Below, in pieces: positions 1-10,322 of a stretch of DNA of 64,000 nucleotides. Positions within the stretch are counted from its first letter, which is position 1. Each line of letters opens with the position of its first letter. The notes under the pieces are model-generated. The model was not told the DNA's origin. It made no database searches and was given only the letters and a program-made list of their open reading frames with translations. Location: contig OZ257156.1 in the NCBI GenBank assembly GCA_965279375.1, forward strand, positions 3,200,001-3,264,000, read 5' to 3'. The DNA is from Gemmatimonas sp. (lineage in GTDB: Bacteria; Gemmatimonadota; Gemmatimonadetes; Gemmatimonadales; Gemmatimonadaceae). Both the position numbers and the translations under genes were made by a program.

Positions 1-27
1 CTTCACTTCTCGACGCTGACGTGACAC

Positions 28-1680
28 ATGGCTGATCTATTGCCGGATACGCCACGGACGTCCCGCCGTCGTACGCGCGGCATCGCTGCGGCGGTGATGT
101 TTGGTGGCCTGCTCGGGCTGGGCGGCTGGTGGACGGGGCGCGATCTGACCAAGGGTGAGCCGCCGAAGATTTCCTCGGTGGGCGGCGCGCACCTGTTCGA
201 TCAGGTGGTGGCAGCCGTCGCCCGCAGCTACGTGGACTCGCTTCCGGCGGACACGATCTACAGCAAGGCGGTGCTGGGGCTGCTTCACGAACTCAAGGAC
301 CCGTACACGACCTTCCTCGCGGAAGATCGGCTCAAGCGTCTCAACGAGCAGATCAGCGGCACGTATGCTGGCGTGGGGCTCCAGATGGACGTGCGCGACG
401 GATGGCCGGTGGTGATCGAGGCGATCCCCGGTGGTCCATCGCATCGAGCGGGCGTCCTGGCGGGCGATCGTCTCGTCAAGGTGGGCACCGAGTCGACCAA
501 GGGCTGGTCCTTCGGCGAAGTGGCACGCGCGCTGCGTGGACCGCCAGGCTCGCGCATCGCCGTGGCGATGGAGCGCGGCGATCAGCGGCTCAACTTCTCC
601 GTACAGCGCGATACGGTGCGCCTGCGCGCGGTCCTGCACGTCGTGCTGCTCCCCGGCGCTGTCGGATACGCCGACGTGAAGGTCTTCGGCAGCCAGACCA
701 CGACGGAGTTGCAGGCGGCGGTTGACTCGCTCGTCAAGCAGGGAGCGCGATCGCTCGTGCTCGACCTGCGCGGCAATCCTGGCGGGTTGCTGGAGCAGGG
801 CGTGGCTGTGTCCGAGCTATTCCTCGATCCGGGGCAGAGCATTGTGCAGCTGCGCGCGCGGCCGGGTGCGCAGCCACAGACGTACACCGATCGTGACGCG
901 CAGCGCTGGCCCACGCTCCCCATCGCCGTGCTCGTGGATGGCGGCAGCGCGAGTGCATCCGAGATTGTCGCCGGTGCGCTGCAGGACCACGATCGCGCGC
1001 TGGTGCTGGGGCGCACATCGTTCGGTAAGGGCAGTGCACAGAACGTCTACCCGCTGATGTCCGGCGGCGCGCTGCGACTGACGACGGCGCGTTGGTACAC
1101 GCCGGTGGGACGCAGCATCAATCGGCCTGCGCCGCGTGACAAGGATGACGAGCCCACGGATGCCAACGGCGTGGCACTGCCGGCCGATACGCTGCGGCCG
1201 AGCTTCCGCACCGATGCCGGTCGATCGGTGCTGGGCGGTGGCGGCATCACGCCTGACGTGATCGCGGGTGACACGGTGGCACCGCTGCCGGTGCAGGCGC
1301 TGGCTCGCGCGATGGGCAAGCACTTTGGCGCCTATCGCGACGCCATCGCCAAGCTTGCCATGCAACTGAAGCGCGGTATCAAGACGCCGTCCGATGCGGT
1401 GACACCGGCGATGCTCGACGCGCTGTTCGCCGACTTGCAGGCGCGTGGCGTTGCGCCGGACCGGAAGGTCTTCGACGCGGCGTCGCCGTGGATTGCGCGT
1501 TCGGTCGGCTACGAAATGACGCGTGTGGCGTTCGGCGCAGACGCCGATTTCCTGCGTCGCACCGAAGACGACGTGGCGCTGCAGCGTGCGCTGCAACTGA
1601 TGCAGGGCTCGCGGACGCCGCGCGATGTATTCTCGCGTCTCGAGCAGCAGCGGATTGTCGAGGTGCCGACGTCGCGCTGA
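28..1680 (+). CDS. S41A family carboxyl-terminal processing protease (CtpA-like) with PDZ domain
   Basis: N-terminal TM; DPYT, GVGLQ (PDZ), LDLRGNPGGLL, SASASEIVAGALQDH and SFGKG motifs (Ser/Lys dyad). Confidence 0.93.
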   Translation: MADLLPDTPRTSRRRTRGIAAAVMFGGLLGLGGWWTGRDLTKGEPPKISSVGGAHLFDQVVAAVARSYVDSLPADTIYSKAVLGLLHELKDPYTTFLAEDRLKRLNEQISGTYAGVGLQMDVRDGWPVVIEAIPGGPSHRAGVLAGDRLVKVGTESTKGWSFGEVARALRGPPGSRIAVAMERGDQRLNFSVQRDTVRLRAVLHVVLLPGAVGYADVKVFGSQTTTELQAAVDSLVKQGARSLVLDLRGNPGGLLEQGVAVSELFLDPGQSIVQLRARPGAQPQTYTDRDAQRWPTLPIAVLVDGGSASASEIVAGALQDHDRALVLGRTSFGKGSAQNVYPLMSGGALRLTTARWYTPVGRSINRPAPRDKDDEPTDANGVALPADTLRPSFRTDAGRSVLGGGGITPDVIAGDTVAPLPVQALARAMGKHFGAYRDAIAKLAMQLKRGIKTPSDAVTPAMLDALFADLQARGVAPDRKVFDAASPWIARSVGYEMTRVAFGADADFLRRTEDDVALQRALQLMQGSRTPRDVFSRLEQQRIVEVPTSR

Positions 1681-1704
1681 GTGCGCGCGACGTCGGATCG
1701 TCGA

Positions 1705-2403
1705 TCAGGTGCCGGGGATCTTGGTGACGACCTTGGCGCCCTTGGGCGGCGAGAACTTGAAGGCGTCGCGAGCAATGGTGGCGTCGGGCGACCAGGTGGT
1801 GAGCGTGATCAATCGATCGACGCCTTGCGCATCCACCACCTGCACACGAATCGGGCGAGGCTCCTTGTCATCCAGCCAAAGCGTGGCCCGCTGAAAGGGC
1901 ACCGTGCCGGCGGCCTTTGGCACCAGCGTCACCTTCTTTGTGGCGTGTCCCTCAATCGTGACTGCGTCACCACCGCCGATCGTGAAGGCTTCGCGTGGTG
2001 TCTCGAGCAATTGCCCCAGCAAGTCGGCCACGATGGCGCCGTCGGCGCTTGCCGGGAGCTTGAGCACCTGACCCGGTGCGCTGCTGGGCAAGTACACCCA
2101 CAGTGACTTGCCATCACCCACGATCCGGTCGCCTGCAGGGTCGGTGAAGGTGATGGAGACCAGCCCCGGACGCTGTTGCTGAAACAGTCCACGCGAGGTC
2201 ACCGTGCGACCGAGCAGCGGGTTGGTGATCTGTTGATCGAACTTCGCTTCGAGTGACTGCTGCGACGCCCATGCCTTGGCGACGCGCTCGTATGCGGCCT
2301 CGGCGGCTGGCGCCTGTGCGAACGTCACGCGAGCGGTGGTGGCGATTCCAACGGCCACCACCGCGGCTGCGATGATTCGAGATGACTGCTTGGCTGTGTG
2401 CAT
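1705..2403 (-). CDS. lolA: Outer-membrane lipoprotein carrier protein LolA
   Basis: Signal peptide from ATG 2403 (MHTAKQ...TFA-Q); AKFDQ, RPG, IVGDGKSLWVYLP and FKFSPPKGAKVV match the LolA pattern. Confidence 0.85.
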   Translation of the reverse strand: MHTAKQSSRIIAAAVVAVGIATTARVTFAQAPAAEAAYERVAKAWASQQSLEAKFDQQITNPLLGRTVTSRGLFQQQRPGLVSITFTDPAGDRIVGDGKSLWVYLPSSAPGQVLKLPASADGAIVADLLGQLLETPREAFTIGGGDAVTIEGHATKKVTLVPKAAGTVPFQRATLWLDDKEPRPIRVQVVDAQGVDRLITLTTWSPDATIARDAFKFSPPKGAKVVTKIPGT

Positions 2404-2449
2404 GGTCTTGGCTACCCCGCGCGTGTTCGCTCGTGCCGTTCGCGGTAGC

Positions 2450-3499
2450 TCAGGTCTTGGGAGTCGGCAGTCCGGGCGTCGGCGCAATCTCGCGGCCGAT
2501 CGCACCCGCGATGAGTCGCAGCTGCTTGACCAGCTCGGTGAACTGATCCGGATACAGCGACTGCGCACCGTCCGAAAGCGCCTTATCGGGCGTCGGATGT
2601 ACTTCCACCAGAATACCGTCCGCACCGGCAGCGACGGCCGCGCGCGCCATCGGCGTCACCTTGTCGCGCAGTCCCGTGCCATGGCTCGGGTCGGCAACGA
2701 TTGGCAGATGCGAGAGCTTCTGTACCACGGGAATCGCCGTGAGGTCGAACAGATTGCGCGTCGCCGAATCGAACGTGCGCACACCGCGCTCGCAGAGAAT
2801 CACGTTCGGATTCCCCTCGGCGAGAATGTACTCGGCGCTGAGCAGCAGATCGTTGATGGTGGCGGCCATGCCGCGCTTGAGCAGGACCGGCTTGCCGAGT
2901 TTTCCGACGTGCCGCAGCAGCGAATAGTTCTGCATGTTGCGCGCGCCGATCTGAATGCAGTCAGCGTATTCGGCCACGAGATCTGCGCCATGCTCGTCCA
3001 TCGCCTCGGTGACGATGGCCAACCCCGTCACTTCACGCGCCAACGCAAGCAGTTCGAGTCCCTTCTTGCCGAGCCCCTGGAAGGCATACGGCGACGAACG
3101 CGGCTTGAAGGCACCGCCGCGCAGTGCAGTCGCGCCACCAGCGCTGACGGCGCGCGCCGATGCCAGAATCTGCTCTTCGCTCTCGACGGAGCACGGGCCG
3201 GCGAACACGACGATGTTGCCGCCACCGACGCGCACGCCCGGCGCGATCTCGACGATCGTGGATTCGTTCTTCCATTCACGTGCGGCCTGACGATACGGCT
3301 TCTGCACGATCAGCACGCTGCTGACGGACGGCAGCCCTTCGATGTGTCCCCAGTCGATCTTGGAGTCGTCGCCGAGCAGGCCGATGGCCATGCGCGTCTC
3401 TCCGGGCATCGGCATGGGCTTGAATCCCTGGCGTACGATCTCTTCGCATACGCGCTGGATATCCGCTTCACTCGCCTTCGGCTGCATCACGACCAGCAT
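2450..3499 (-). CDS. aroF: 3-deoxy-7-phosphoheptulonate (DAHP) synthase, type I-beta with N-terminal regulatory domain
   Basis: [33 protein letters not shown] and DPSHGTG motifs; AGGA Shine-Dalgarno. Confidence 0.95.
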   Translation of the reverse strand: MLVVMQPKASEADIQRVCEEIVRQGFKPMPMPGETRMAIGLLGDDSKIDWGHIEGLPSVSSVLIVQKPYRQAAREWKNESTIVEIAPGVRVGGGNIVVFAGPCSVESEEQILASARAVSAGGATALRGGAFKPRSSPYAFQGLGKKGLELLALAREVTGLAIVTEAMDEHGADLVAEYADCIQIGARNMQNYSLLRHVGKLGKPVLLKRGMAATINDLLLSAEYILAEGNPNVILCERGVRTFDSATRNLFDLTAIPVVQKLSHLPIVADPSHGTGLRDKVTPMARAAVAAGADGILVEVHPTPDKALSDGAQSLYPDQFTELVKQLRLIAGAIGREIAPTPGLPTPKT

Positions 3500-3553
3500 G
3501 GCACGTCCTCAGAAAACAAAATGGAAACGTCAGTTCGAAACGTCGGTGCGACG

Positions 3554-4312
3554 TCAGAATTCGATGGTCAGTCCGTCCGTCGCGAGCACCACCGGGCCCG
3601 CGTAGTGTTCGGCGACTTCCGCTGCGATGTCCACGTGTTCGACCGGCGCGTAGAAGTGCGTGAGAACCAGTCGTGACGCGTTCGCCTGCGCGGCCAACGC
3701 GCCAGCCTGTCGTGGCGTGAGATGCTCCCGGATCGCCATCGCGTCCGGCAGCGAGCACTCGGCCAGCAGCAGGTCACATCCGCTTGCCCAATGCGCCAGC
3801 GTTTCGTCCGCCCCCGTGTCCCCTGTGTACACGAGGCGTACCCGACCATCACCAACGGAATATGCCACGCTCTCCGAGGTATGCGGTACCGGCAGCGCCT
3901 CGAGATGAACGACGTCGTTGAGGGACAGCGAAGTCCGCGGCAGGAGCTCGCACACCGTGAGCGGAAACCCGGGGGCGAGCATCCACGCGCCGTACACGGC
4001 AGCCATGCGTTCCAGCAGTGCGGTCGTGCCCACCGGGCCATACAGCGTGACCGGGGCAGTGCGTGCCGGAAGCTGACCCCAGCGCCACCCCATCAGCAGC
4101 ATGGGCAGGTCGCTGATGTGATCGGCGTGGAAATGCGTCAGCGCGAGATGTGTGATGCCGGACCAATCGAGCCCGAGAGCGGCCATGCGGTGCACGCAGC
4201 CCGCGCCGCAGTCGAGCAGCAGGCGAACGTCTCCCGCTTCGACCAGATGCGCCGCAGCGACGCGCGACGGATGCGGCGCGGCGGTCCCGGTGCCGACTGT
4301 CGTCAGTCGCAT
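3554..4312 (-). CDS. Metallo-beta-lactamase-fold hydrolase, RNase Z / AtsA-like
   Basis: MRLTTVGTG start; LLDCG, THFHADH, YTGDTG, HLT and LTHF motifs. Confidence 0.85.
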   Translation of the reverse strand: MRLTTVGTGTAAPHPSRVAAAHLVEAGDVRLLLDCGAGCVHRMAALGLDWSGITHLALTHFHADHISDLPMLLMGWRWGQLPARTAPVTLYGPVGTTALLERMAAVYGAWMLAPGFPLTVCELLPRTSLSLNDVVHLEALPVPHTSESVAYSVGDGRVRLVYTGDTGADETLAHWASGCDLLLAECSLPDAMAIREHLTPRQAGALAAQANASRLVLTHFYAPVEHVDIAAEVAEHYAGPVVLATDGLTIEF

Positions 4313-4322
4313 GAAACGCTGA

Positions 4323-5387
4323 TCATCGCGGCCGAAAGAGCGCCTTTCGGAAGATCGGTGGTTCCTTGCCCACGCGAAAACGCAGCAAATAGACACCCGG
4401 TGCGACCGTGCGCCCATCGCTGCCGGTTCCGTCCCACACGAAGCGATTGTCGCAGTTGCTGCCGCCGCCGGGCGCGCCGCGTCCGTAGCGACCGGGCGGG
4501 AAGCTGAAGGCCGCGTCTGCCGGGTTCATGATCGACCGAATGAAGTTGCCGCGCACGTCCAGCACGTCTATCGCGACCTGTCCGCCCGGCTCGCCGATAT
4601 CGAACCAGAAACAGGTCGCAAACGCCGTCGCACTCGGAAACGGGTTCGGAAAGTTCTGATAGAAAATCGTCGTCGTCGGCAGCGGCGGGTCGATGATCAG
4701 GAAGCTCGCCGCATTCGTCAGCCGGATGGTCGCACCGGTGCCGAGCGTGGCGGTCAGCGTCCAACGATACGAGGTGTTGGCTTGCAGGTTGGTCGGCGGC
4801 CGAAAAACCGTGTCGCGAATGCCGCTCGCTGCCAGTTCGGTGCGTCCCTGCGAGGTGATTTCCAGTTGGTATGTCCAACCACGCGTTGCTGCGACCACCG
4901 GCGCACTGCGCCACACGAACAGCGGACGGCGCACGTCGAAGATGTTGCCGTTCACCGAATTCGGGTCGACGAGCGTCAGCCACGGCGGGACGCGACGTGG
5001 GCCGAATACGGTGGACAACGTGCGGACACCATTCGCCAGCTCGACGATGGCACGCAGATACACGTTCGCGTCGCTCGGCAGGGGACGCGTGATCTGCACC
5101 GCGTTTACGCTGTCGTTGCTCACGAAGGACGTGTCCAGCACCACGCTCGCGAAGTCGGCCGTCGTTGAGGCCTGCAGTGAGACTCGATACGGCGCCGCCG
5201 CACCGAATCCGCTGGCCCGCACCGTCACGGCGGGTGTGACCGTCAGGAGCGTCGCTTCAGACGGACCGGTAAGCGTCACCGTTTGCGCCGCCAACCCGGC
5301 GACGGGCGCTGCGCTCAACAGGCACAGCCGCCACATCGCCCAGCACCGCACGATCCTACGCAGGCGTTGACCCGGCGGTCGGTCCAT
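4323..5387 (-). CDS. Secreted protein with C-terminal FlgD-Ig / Por-secretion-tail-like domain
   Basis: Signal-like N-terminus; C-terminal YQNFPNPF...VLDVRGNFIR...WDGTGSDGRTVAPGVYLLR; start uncertain. Confidence 0.7.
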   Translation of the reverse strand: MDRPPGQRLRRIVRCWAMWRLCLLSAAPVAGLAAQTVTLTGPSEATLLTVTPAVTVRASGFGAAAPYRVSLQASTTADFASVVLDTSFVSNDSVNAVQITRPLPSDANVYLRAIVELANGVRTLSTVFGPRRVPPWLTLVDPNSVNGNIFDVRRPLFVWRSAPVVAATRGWTYQLEITSQGRTELAASGIRDTVFRPPTNLQANTSYRWTLTATLGTGATIRLTNAASFLIIDPPLPTTTIFYQNFPNPFPSATAFATCFWFDIGEPGGQVAIDVLDVRGNFIRSIMNPADAAFSFPPGRYGRGAPGGGSNCDNRFVWDGTGSDGRTVAPGVYLLRFRVGKEPPIFRKALFRPR

Positions 5388-8300
5388 CGTCGCCCTCGGC
5401 CAGCACCGCATCGAGCACATCCTCCAGCTCGACGGCGTTCGGATCGTCCTCTGTCGCTGATGCAGGCGACTCGTCGAGGACGTTGCCACCGCGCAATCGC
5501 ACGCTGACCACGGACGATACGCCCGGCTCCTGCATCGTCACGCCGTAGACGGCATCAGCCGCTTCCGTCGTGGTGCGCGGGTTGTGCGTGATGACGATGA
5601 ACTGCGTACGCGTCTTGAACTGGTTGAGCATCTTCACGAACCGGCCGACGTTCTGGTCGTCGAGCGGCGCGTCCACTTCGTCGAGCAGACAGAACGGGCT
5701 CGGCTTGGTGAGGAAGATGCCAAACAGCAGCGAGAGGGCGACGAGTGCGCGTTCACCGCTCGAGAGCAGATGAATGCGCTGCGTCTTCTTGCCGCGCGGC
5801 GAGGCGTGGATTTCGATGTCGCAGTCGAGCGGCTGATCCGGATTCTCGAGGCGCAGGTCGCACTCGCCGCCGCCGAACAACGTGAGGAAGATCTGGCGGA
5901 AATTCTCGCGCACCTGCGAGAACGTGACGAGGAACAACTCGCGCGCCGTGCTGTCGATTTCGCGAATGGCCTGATGCAGCGACTGCTTGGCCGCCACGAG
6001 ATCGTTGCGCTGGCTGGTGAGGAACTCCAACCGCCGCTGCTCTTCCTCGTGTTCTTCGATGGCCAGCGGATTGACCGGGCCCAATTCATCCAGAGACGCG
6101 CGCAGCTGCTGCGCTTCGGTGCGCAGTGCCTCGGTTTCGTCTTCCAGCGATTCGAAGCCGTTGAGCAAGTCTTCCAGCGAACGACGCCACTCCGTCTCCA
6201 ACCGCTGACGGATGGCCTCGCGACGGCCCGACAGCTCCGTGTGCCGCAACTGCGCACCGTGCAACTGCTCGCCCAGTGCCGTCGAGCGGCGTCGCGCTTC
6301 GTCCAATGCAACTTCCGCTGCATCGAGCGCCGTCGTGGACGAGGCGACCATGCGCTCCGCGTCGGCCAACCGTCCGTCGGCATCGGCCAGAGACTTCTGC
6401 TGCGTTTCCATCTCGGTGCGCCACGCCGCCAACTGCTCGGCCAACTGCTGGTCGGCGCTGGAGAGCGTGGAGAGCTCCTTGGCCAGCGATTCGAGACGTG
6501 CCGCCGCGGTGGAGTCCTCCTCGAGCAACCGCTTCTCGCGATCGATCGCGACGGACAAGCGCGCCTGCGCCTGTGCCTGCGTGACCTGGCACATGGAGCG
6601 GGCTTCGCGCGCCTGCTCCTGTTCGCGGTCCGCGTTGCTCAACTCTTCACGCGCATCAGCGATGGCGGTGTCCGCCTCGCCCGCGCGCGCCTGCAACGCC
6701 TCGACCTGCTCGGCCAACTTCGCCGACTTGGCCTCCAGTTCTGTAATGCGCGTGACCAGCCTTTCGGCGAGTGCACTCGACTGCTGCAGTTCGCGCTCTG
6801 CGCGTTCCTTGCGGCGTCCGACTTCCTTCTGCACTTCGTCGGCACGACGCGCTTCCTGCTGCGCGCGGTTAGACGCTTCCGTTGCCACCTGCTGCGCGCG
6901 CTCCGCTTCGCCGAGCGCGATGCGTGCATCGTCGGCGGCCATCATCGCTTCGTCGCCGCGCAGATCGGCGGCCTGCAGCTCGGCTTCCAGACGCGTCAGT
7001 TCGGCCTTTCGCTGCAGCGGGCCGGGGCCCGATGCGGTTCCCGGCAGGAACACCGCGCCGCGCTCGTCGATGAATGACTCGCCGGCGTCGGCCGTGCGCA
7101 CCTTGCCCAGCAGCGCCCGCACCCACGACACACCGGGACCCGTCGCCTGCACACGCGTGGCGAGTGCATCGGCGTCCACGCCCAACTCGGCAATCACATC
7201 GACAGGCAACAACAGCAGCGGTCCCGGCTGCGTCTGCGCATGCCACGCACGAATGGCCGTCGCCGCTTCCGCATCACGCACGACGATGGCGTGCATCGTC
7301 GCGCCGAGGTAGCGCTCGACCAGCTTGGCCGCCTCGCCGTCGGCGGTTAGGAAGTCGGTGAGCGGACCGAGAATGGCGCCAGCGCCAAACCGTTCACGCT
7401 CGCGCAGCAGCTTGGCCGCCGACGGCGCCAGACCGACACGCTCGCGCTCCAACGATTCGAGCGCGTGCACGCGCCCCTCGATGGCCGTGCGCTGCTGCAC
7501 CACCGTGGCCAACGCGCTCCGTGCTTCAGCGTCGGCGGTGCGTGCGGAGGCCGCCGCGAGGCGTGCGCCTTCGAGCGCGTGCAGGGCGTCCTGCGCATCC
7601 GACTGTGTAAGCGCGACCGCTTCGCTCGCCGCGACGAGTTCACGCTCGATGGTGGCGAACGCATCGGCCAGCTGCTGACGCTCGAGCTCGAGCACATCGC
7701 GGCGCTGCTGTGTTTCCGCGAACTCGCGTCCCGTGCCTTCGCGATCGAGCTCCAGTCGACGTGCCTGATCGCGATGCTCGCGCACCTGACGTTCGAGCTG
7801 ATCGAGCGCGGCGCGCGCGCGCTGTACGGCTTCACGCGTGGTCTGTTCGGCGGCGATGCGCTGCTGCAGTGCTTCACCCGCCTCGGCGAGTTCGCTTTCG
7901 AGCGTGGCACGATCGGACACGGCGCGCTCACGATCTTCGCGCAGACGCTGACCGAAGGCCTCGTTGTCCTTGCGTTCCTGTTCGGCGCGCTCGCGGCGCT
8001 GCAGCGTGCTGCGTTGCCGCTCTTCGGCGACGGCCAACTCCCGTTCGAGCTGCCGTGTCTTGTCGCGCTGTTCACTGGCCAGGCGCGCGAGTTCCAAACG
8101 ACTCGCTTCGGCCGTGGCGCGTGCACTGTGCGCGGTTTCGCGAGCGCCTTCGGCGGCCTGAATCACTTCGTCGGCGCCGGGCACTTCGGCTTGCAGCTCT
8201 GCCAGTCGCGTGTCGAGTGCAGTCAGCTCATCGCGCCACGCGGCCATCTCGCGCGTGGCCAGCGACAGCTCCACCTGAAAACGACGCGCCATCAGCTCCG

Positions 8301-8946
8301 CGTGCCGCTCCGCACGCCGACGTTGGCGTGCGAGAGAACGCACCTGACTCTGCACTTCGGCGATGAGATCGTCGAGGCGCGCCAGGTCCACCGACGTCTC
8401 CTCGAGACGACGTTCCGCGCTGCGACGACGATCGCGATACAGGCCAACGCCTGCGGCTTCTTCGAACAGTTCGCGCCGCTCGTCCGGACGGTCGGAGAGC
8501 AGGGCATCGATCATCTTGCTTTCGATGACGACGCCAGAGTCTGCGCCCAAGCCGGTGCCGCGCACCAGATCCTGAATGTCGCGCAGACGGCACGGCGCAC
8601 GATTCAGCAAATACTCGCTCTCACCCGAACGCAGCAGGCGGCGCGTCAGCACCACTTCCTTGAACGGGATCGGCAGCTCGCCGTCGTTGTTCTCGAAGTG
8701 CAGCGACACCTCGGCCATGTTCACCTGCTTGCGAGCCGACGAGCCGTGGAAAATCACGTCTTCCATCTTCGCGCCGCGCATGGCGCGCGCACGCTGCTCG
8801 CCGAGCACCCAACGAACCGCGTCGGAGACGTTCGACTTGCCGCTGCCGTTCGGACCGACGATCGCAGTCACACCGCGTTCGAACAGGAACTCGGTGTGAT
8901 CGGCAAACGCCTTGAATCCATGGACCTCGAGCTTCGTGAGCCGCAC
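5356..8946 (-). CDS. smc: Chromosome segregation protein SMC
   Basis: GTG start overlapping upstream TAG; GFKAF, Walker A GPNGSGKSN, coiled coils and hinge, LSSGE signature, LLDEVDAPLD, ITH. Confidence 0.97.
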   Translation of the reverse strand: MRLTKLEVHGFKAFADHTEFLFERGVTAIVGPNGSGKSNVSDAVRWVLGEQRARAMRGAKMEDVIFHGSSARKQVNMAEVSLHFENNDGELPIPFKEVVLTRRLLRSGESEYLLNRAPCRLRDIQDLVRGTGLGADSGVVIESKMIDALLSDRPDERRELFEEAAGVGLYRDRRRSAERRLEETSVDLARLDDLIAEVQSQVRSLARQRRRAERHAELMARRFQVELSLATREMAAWRDELTALDTRLAELQAEVPGADEVIQAAEGARETAHSARATAEASRLELARLASEQRDKTRQLERELAVAEERQRSTLQRRERAEQERKDNEAFGQRLREDRERAVSDRATLESELAEAGEALQQRIAAEQTTREAVQRARAALDQLERQVREHRDQARRLELDREGTGREFAETQQRRDVLELERQQLADAFATIERELVAASEAVALTQSDAQDALHALEGARLAAASARTADAEARSALATVVQQRTAIEGRVHALESLERERVGLAPSAAKLLRERERFGAGAILGPLTDFLTADGEAAKLVERYLGATMHAIVVRDAEAATAIRAWHAQTQPGPLLLLPVDVIAELGVDADALATRVQATGPGVSWVRALLGKVRTADAGESFIDERGAVFLPGTASGPGPLQRKAELTRLEAELQAADLRGDEAMMAADDARIALGEAERAQQVATEASNRAQQEARRADEVQKEVGRRKERAERELQQSSALAERLVTRITELEAKSAKLAEQVEALQARAGEADTAIADAREELSNADREQEQAREARSMCQVTQAQAQARLSVAIDREKRLLEEDSTAAARLESLAKELSTLSSADQQLAEQLAAWRTEMETQQKSLADADGRLADAERMVASSTTALDAAEVALDEARRRSTALGEQLHGAQLRHTELSGRREAIRQRLETEWRRSLEDLLNGFESLEDETEALRTEAQQLRASLDELGPVNPLAIEEHEEEQRRLEFLTSQRNDLVAAKQSLHQAIREIDSTARELFLVTFSQVRENFRQIFLTLFGGGECDLRLENPDQPLDCDIEIHASPRGKKTQRIHLLSSGERALVALSLLFGIFLTKPSPFCLLDEVDAPLDDQNVGRFVKMLNQFKTRTQFIVITHNPRTTTEAADAVYGVTMQEPGVSSVVSVRLRGGNVLDESPASATEDDPNAVELEDVLDAVLAEGDDGPTAGSTPA

Positions 8947-10322
8947 TAGAACGTTCTCCCCGTTCGGTAAACGAGCACTGGCGTGATGCCGAGCGCGCGC
9001 AAGGAATCTGCAAGCGTGGTCGCCTGATTCGGTGACTCGAACGCGCCCGTGTAGACGGTCGCGCTGCCATCCGCTTGCTGCAGTGCATACGCCATCAGGC
9101 CGCGCTTCGTGAGTTCGGCCAGACGTATCGAAACACTTCCCGCCGCCAGTCCAGTCTCGAGCCGGATCGCGTAGGGCACGCTGAGAATGCTGCCGGCGCC
9201 CACGATCTTGTCGGCGCGCAGCTTGTTGAGTTGTGCTTCCGCGCTGGCGCGCGTGGTGGCGGCGCCCACGGTGACGCGGAACCACGGTTCGGCGCCCTCG
9301 GGAACTGGCGACATCGCCACCGCGGAGAGTGCCTTCACGCGTGCGTCAGGCATCGCCGCTTCGCGCGTATTCGCCGTCGCCACGTAGATCGCATAGCGTG
9401 ACGCGTTCGCCGAGTCGGCCGGATTGGCGACGTCGAGCGCCGGACTCGCAGCCGTGGCGGTAGCGCTGTCGTTCGCGAGGCGCGTGGCGTCGGCACCCGT
9501 CGTGTCGCGCAGCACGCTATCGCGCAACGTCGAGTCCATCGGCGTTGGTGGCACAAGCATCGCCGCCGTGTCTGGCGGAGCACCAGCGAATAGAGCGGTG
9601 ATCTGCGGAGGCAACCGGTCACGCAGTTGTGGCCAGAACGCCCCGATGGAGACGGCAACGGCGCCGAGCGCCACGAAAATGGCGATCAGCTTGTTGCGGC
9701 GACGCTCGGAGTTGTCCGATGCCGCTTCGCGCGCACGCGCCGCACTCTCCGGCGCGGGATGCGGCGGCGGTGGCGGCGGAGTAGTGGGCGCGAGAATCAC
9801 CGGCACACCACTCGGCAGCGCAAAGCGCATGTCACCGACGGGCATGACGGAGCCGATGTACTCGCACAGCTCGGCGAAACCGGGGGTGCCTGGCACCGCG
9901 ACGATCAGCAGCAACGCGCCTACCTGGTGAAATCCGGCGGCCAGGCGACGCCAGCGTTCGTTCGCGTAGACCGAATCGTGCGCGACCGCTTCGGTGCCGC
10001 TGGGCATCACGAACACGTTGCCGGATTCGTTCACCGGCTGCGCGATCTTGTTGAGCGAAACGCCGTAGAGAAACGAGTCCGAAATGCCGTGCGGGTCATC
10101 GCCGGTAACCAACGCCTGTAGCGGCGCCACCTCGCCGACGAGATCGGCCACGGCCACCCGACGACGAATGCCTTGCACGCGCGCGATGCCGATCGCGACC
10201 GATGCGGCCGCGATCGGGTCGTTGCCCGCGACGACCGTCGCGAACACCTCATCGAGGAGTGGCGACAGACGCTGCCCTTCGTTTTCCCACGAATTGGGTG
10301 CAGCTGCTGGGATTCCCGTCAC
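8946..10322 (-). CDS. Membrane-anchored SPOR-domain protein with degenerate MinD/ParA/Wzc-like N-terminal domain
   Basis: GTGA overlap with upstream stop; one TM (LIAIFVALGAVAVSIGAFW); C-terminal WFRVTVGA...ASAE and VYTGAFES...QA SPOR-like repeats. Confidence 0.65.
   Translation of the reverse strand: MTGIPAAAPNSWENEGQRLSPLLDEVFATVVAGNDPIAAASVAIGIARVQGIRRRVAVADLVGEVAPLQALVTGDDPHGISDSFLYGVSLNKIAQPVNESGNVFVMPSGTEAVAHDSVYANERWRRLAAGFHQVGALLLIVAVPGTPGFAELCEYIGSVMPVGDMRFALPSGVPVILAPTTPPPPPPHPAPESAARAREAASDNSERRRNKLIAIFVALGAVAVSIGAFWPQLRDRLPPQITALFAGAPPDTAAMLVPPTPMDSTLRDSVLRDTTGADATRLANDSATATAASPALDVANPADSANASRYAIYVATANTREAAMPDARVKALSAVAMSPVPEGAEPWFRVTVGAATTRASAEAQLNKLRADKIVGAGSILSVPYAIRLETGLAAGSVSIRLAELTKRGLMAYALQQADGSATVYTGAFESPNQATTLADSLRALGITPVLVYRTGRTF

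Noticed and set aside
5356..8946. SMC as part of a Wadjet/MksBEF or other defence system
   Set aside because: Canonical hinge-containing housekeeping SMC; no jetABD/mks genes or nuclease nearby; scpAB are often unlinked.
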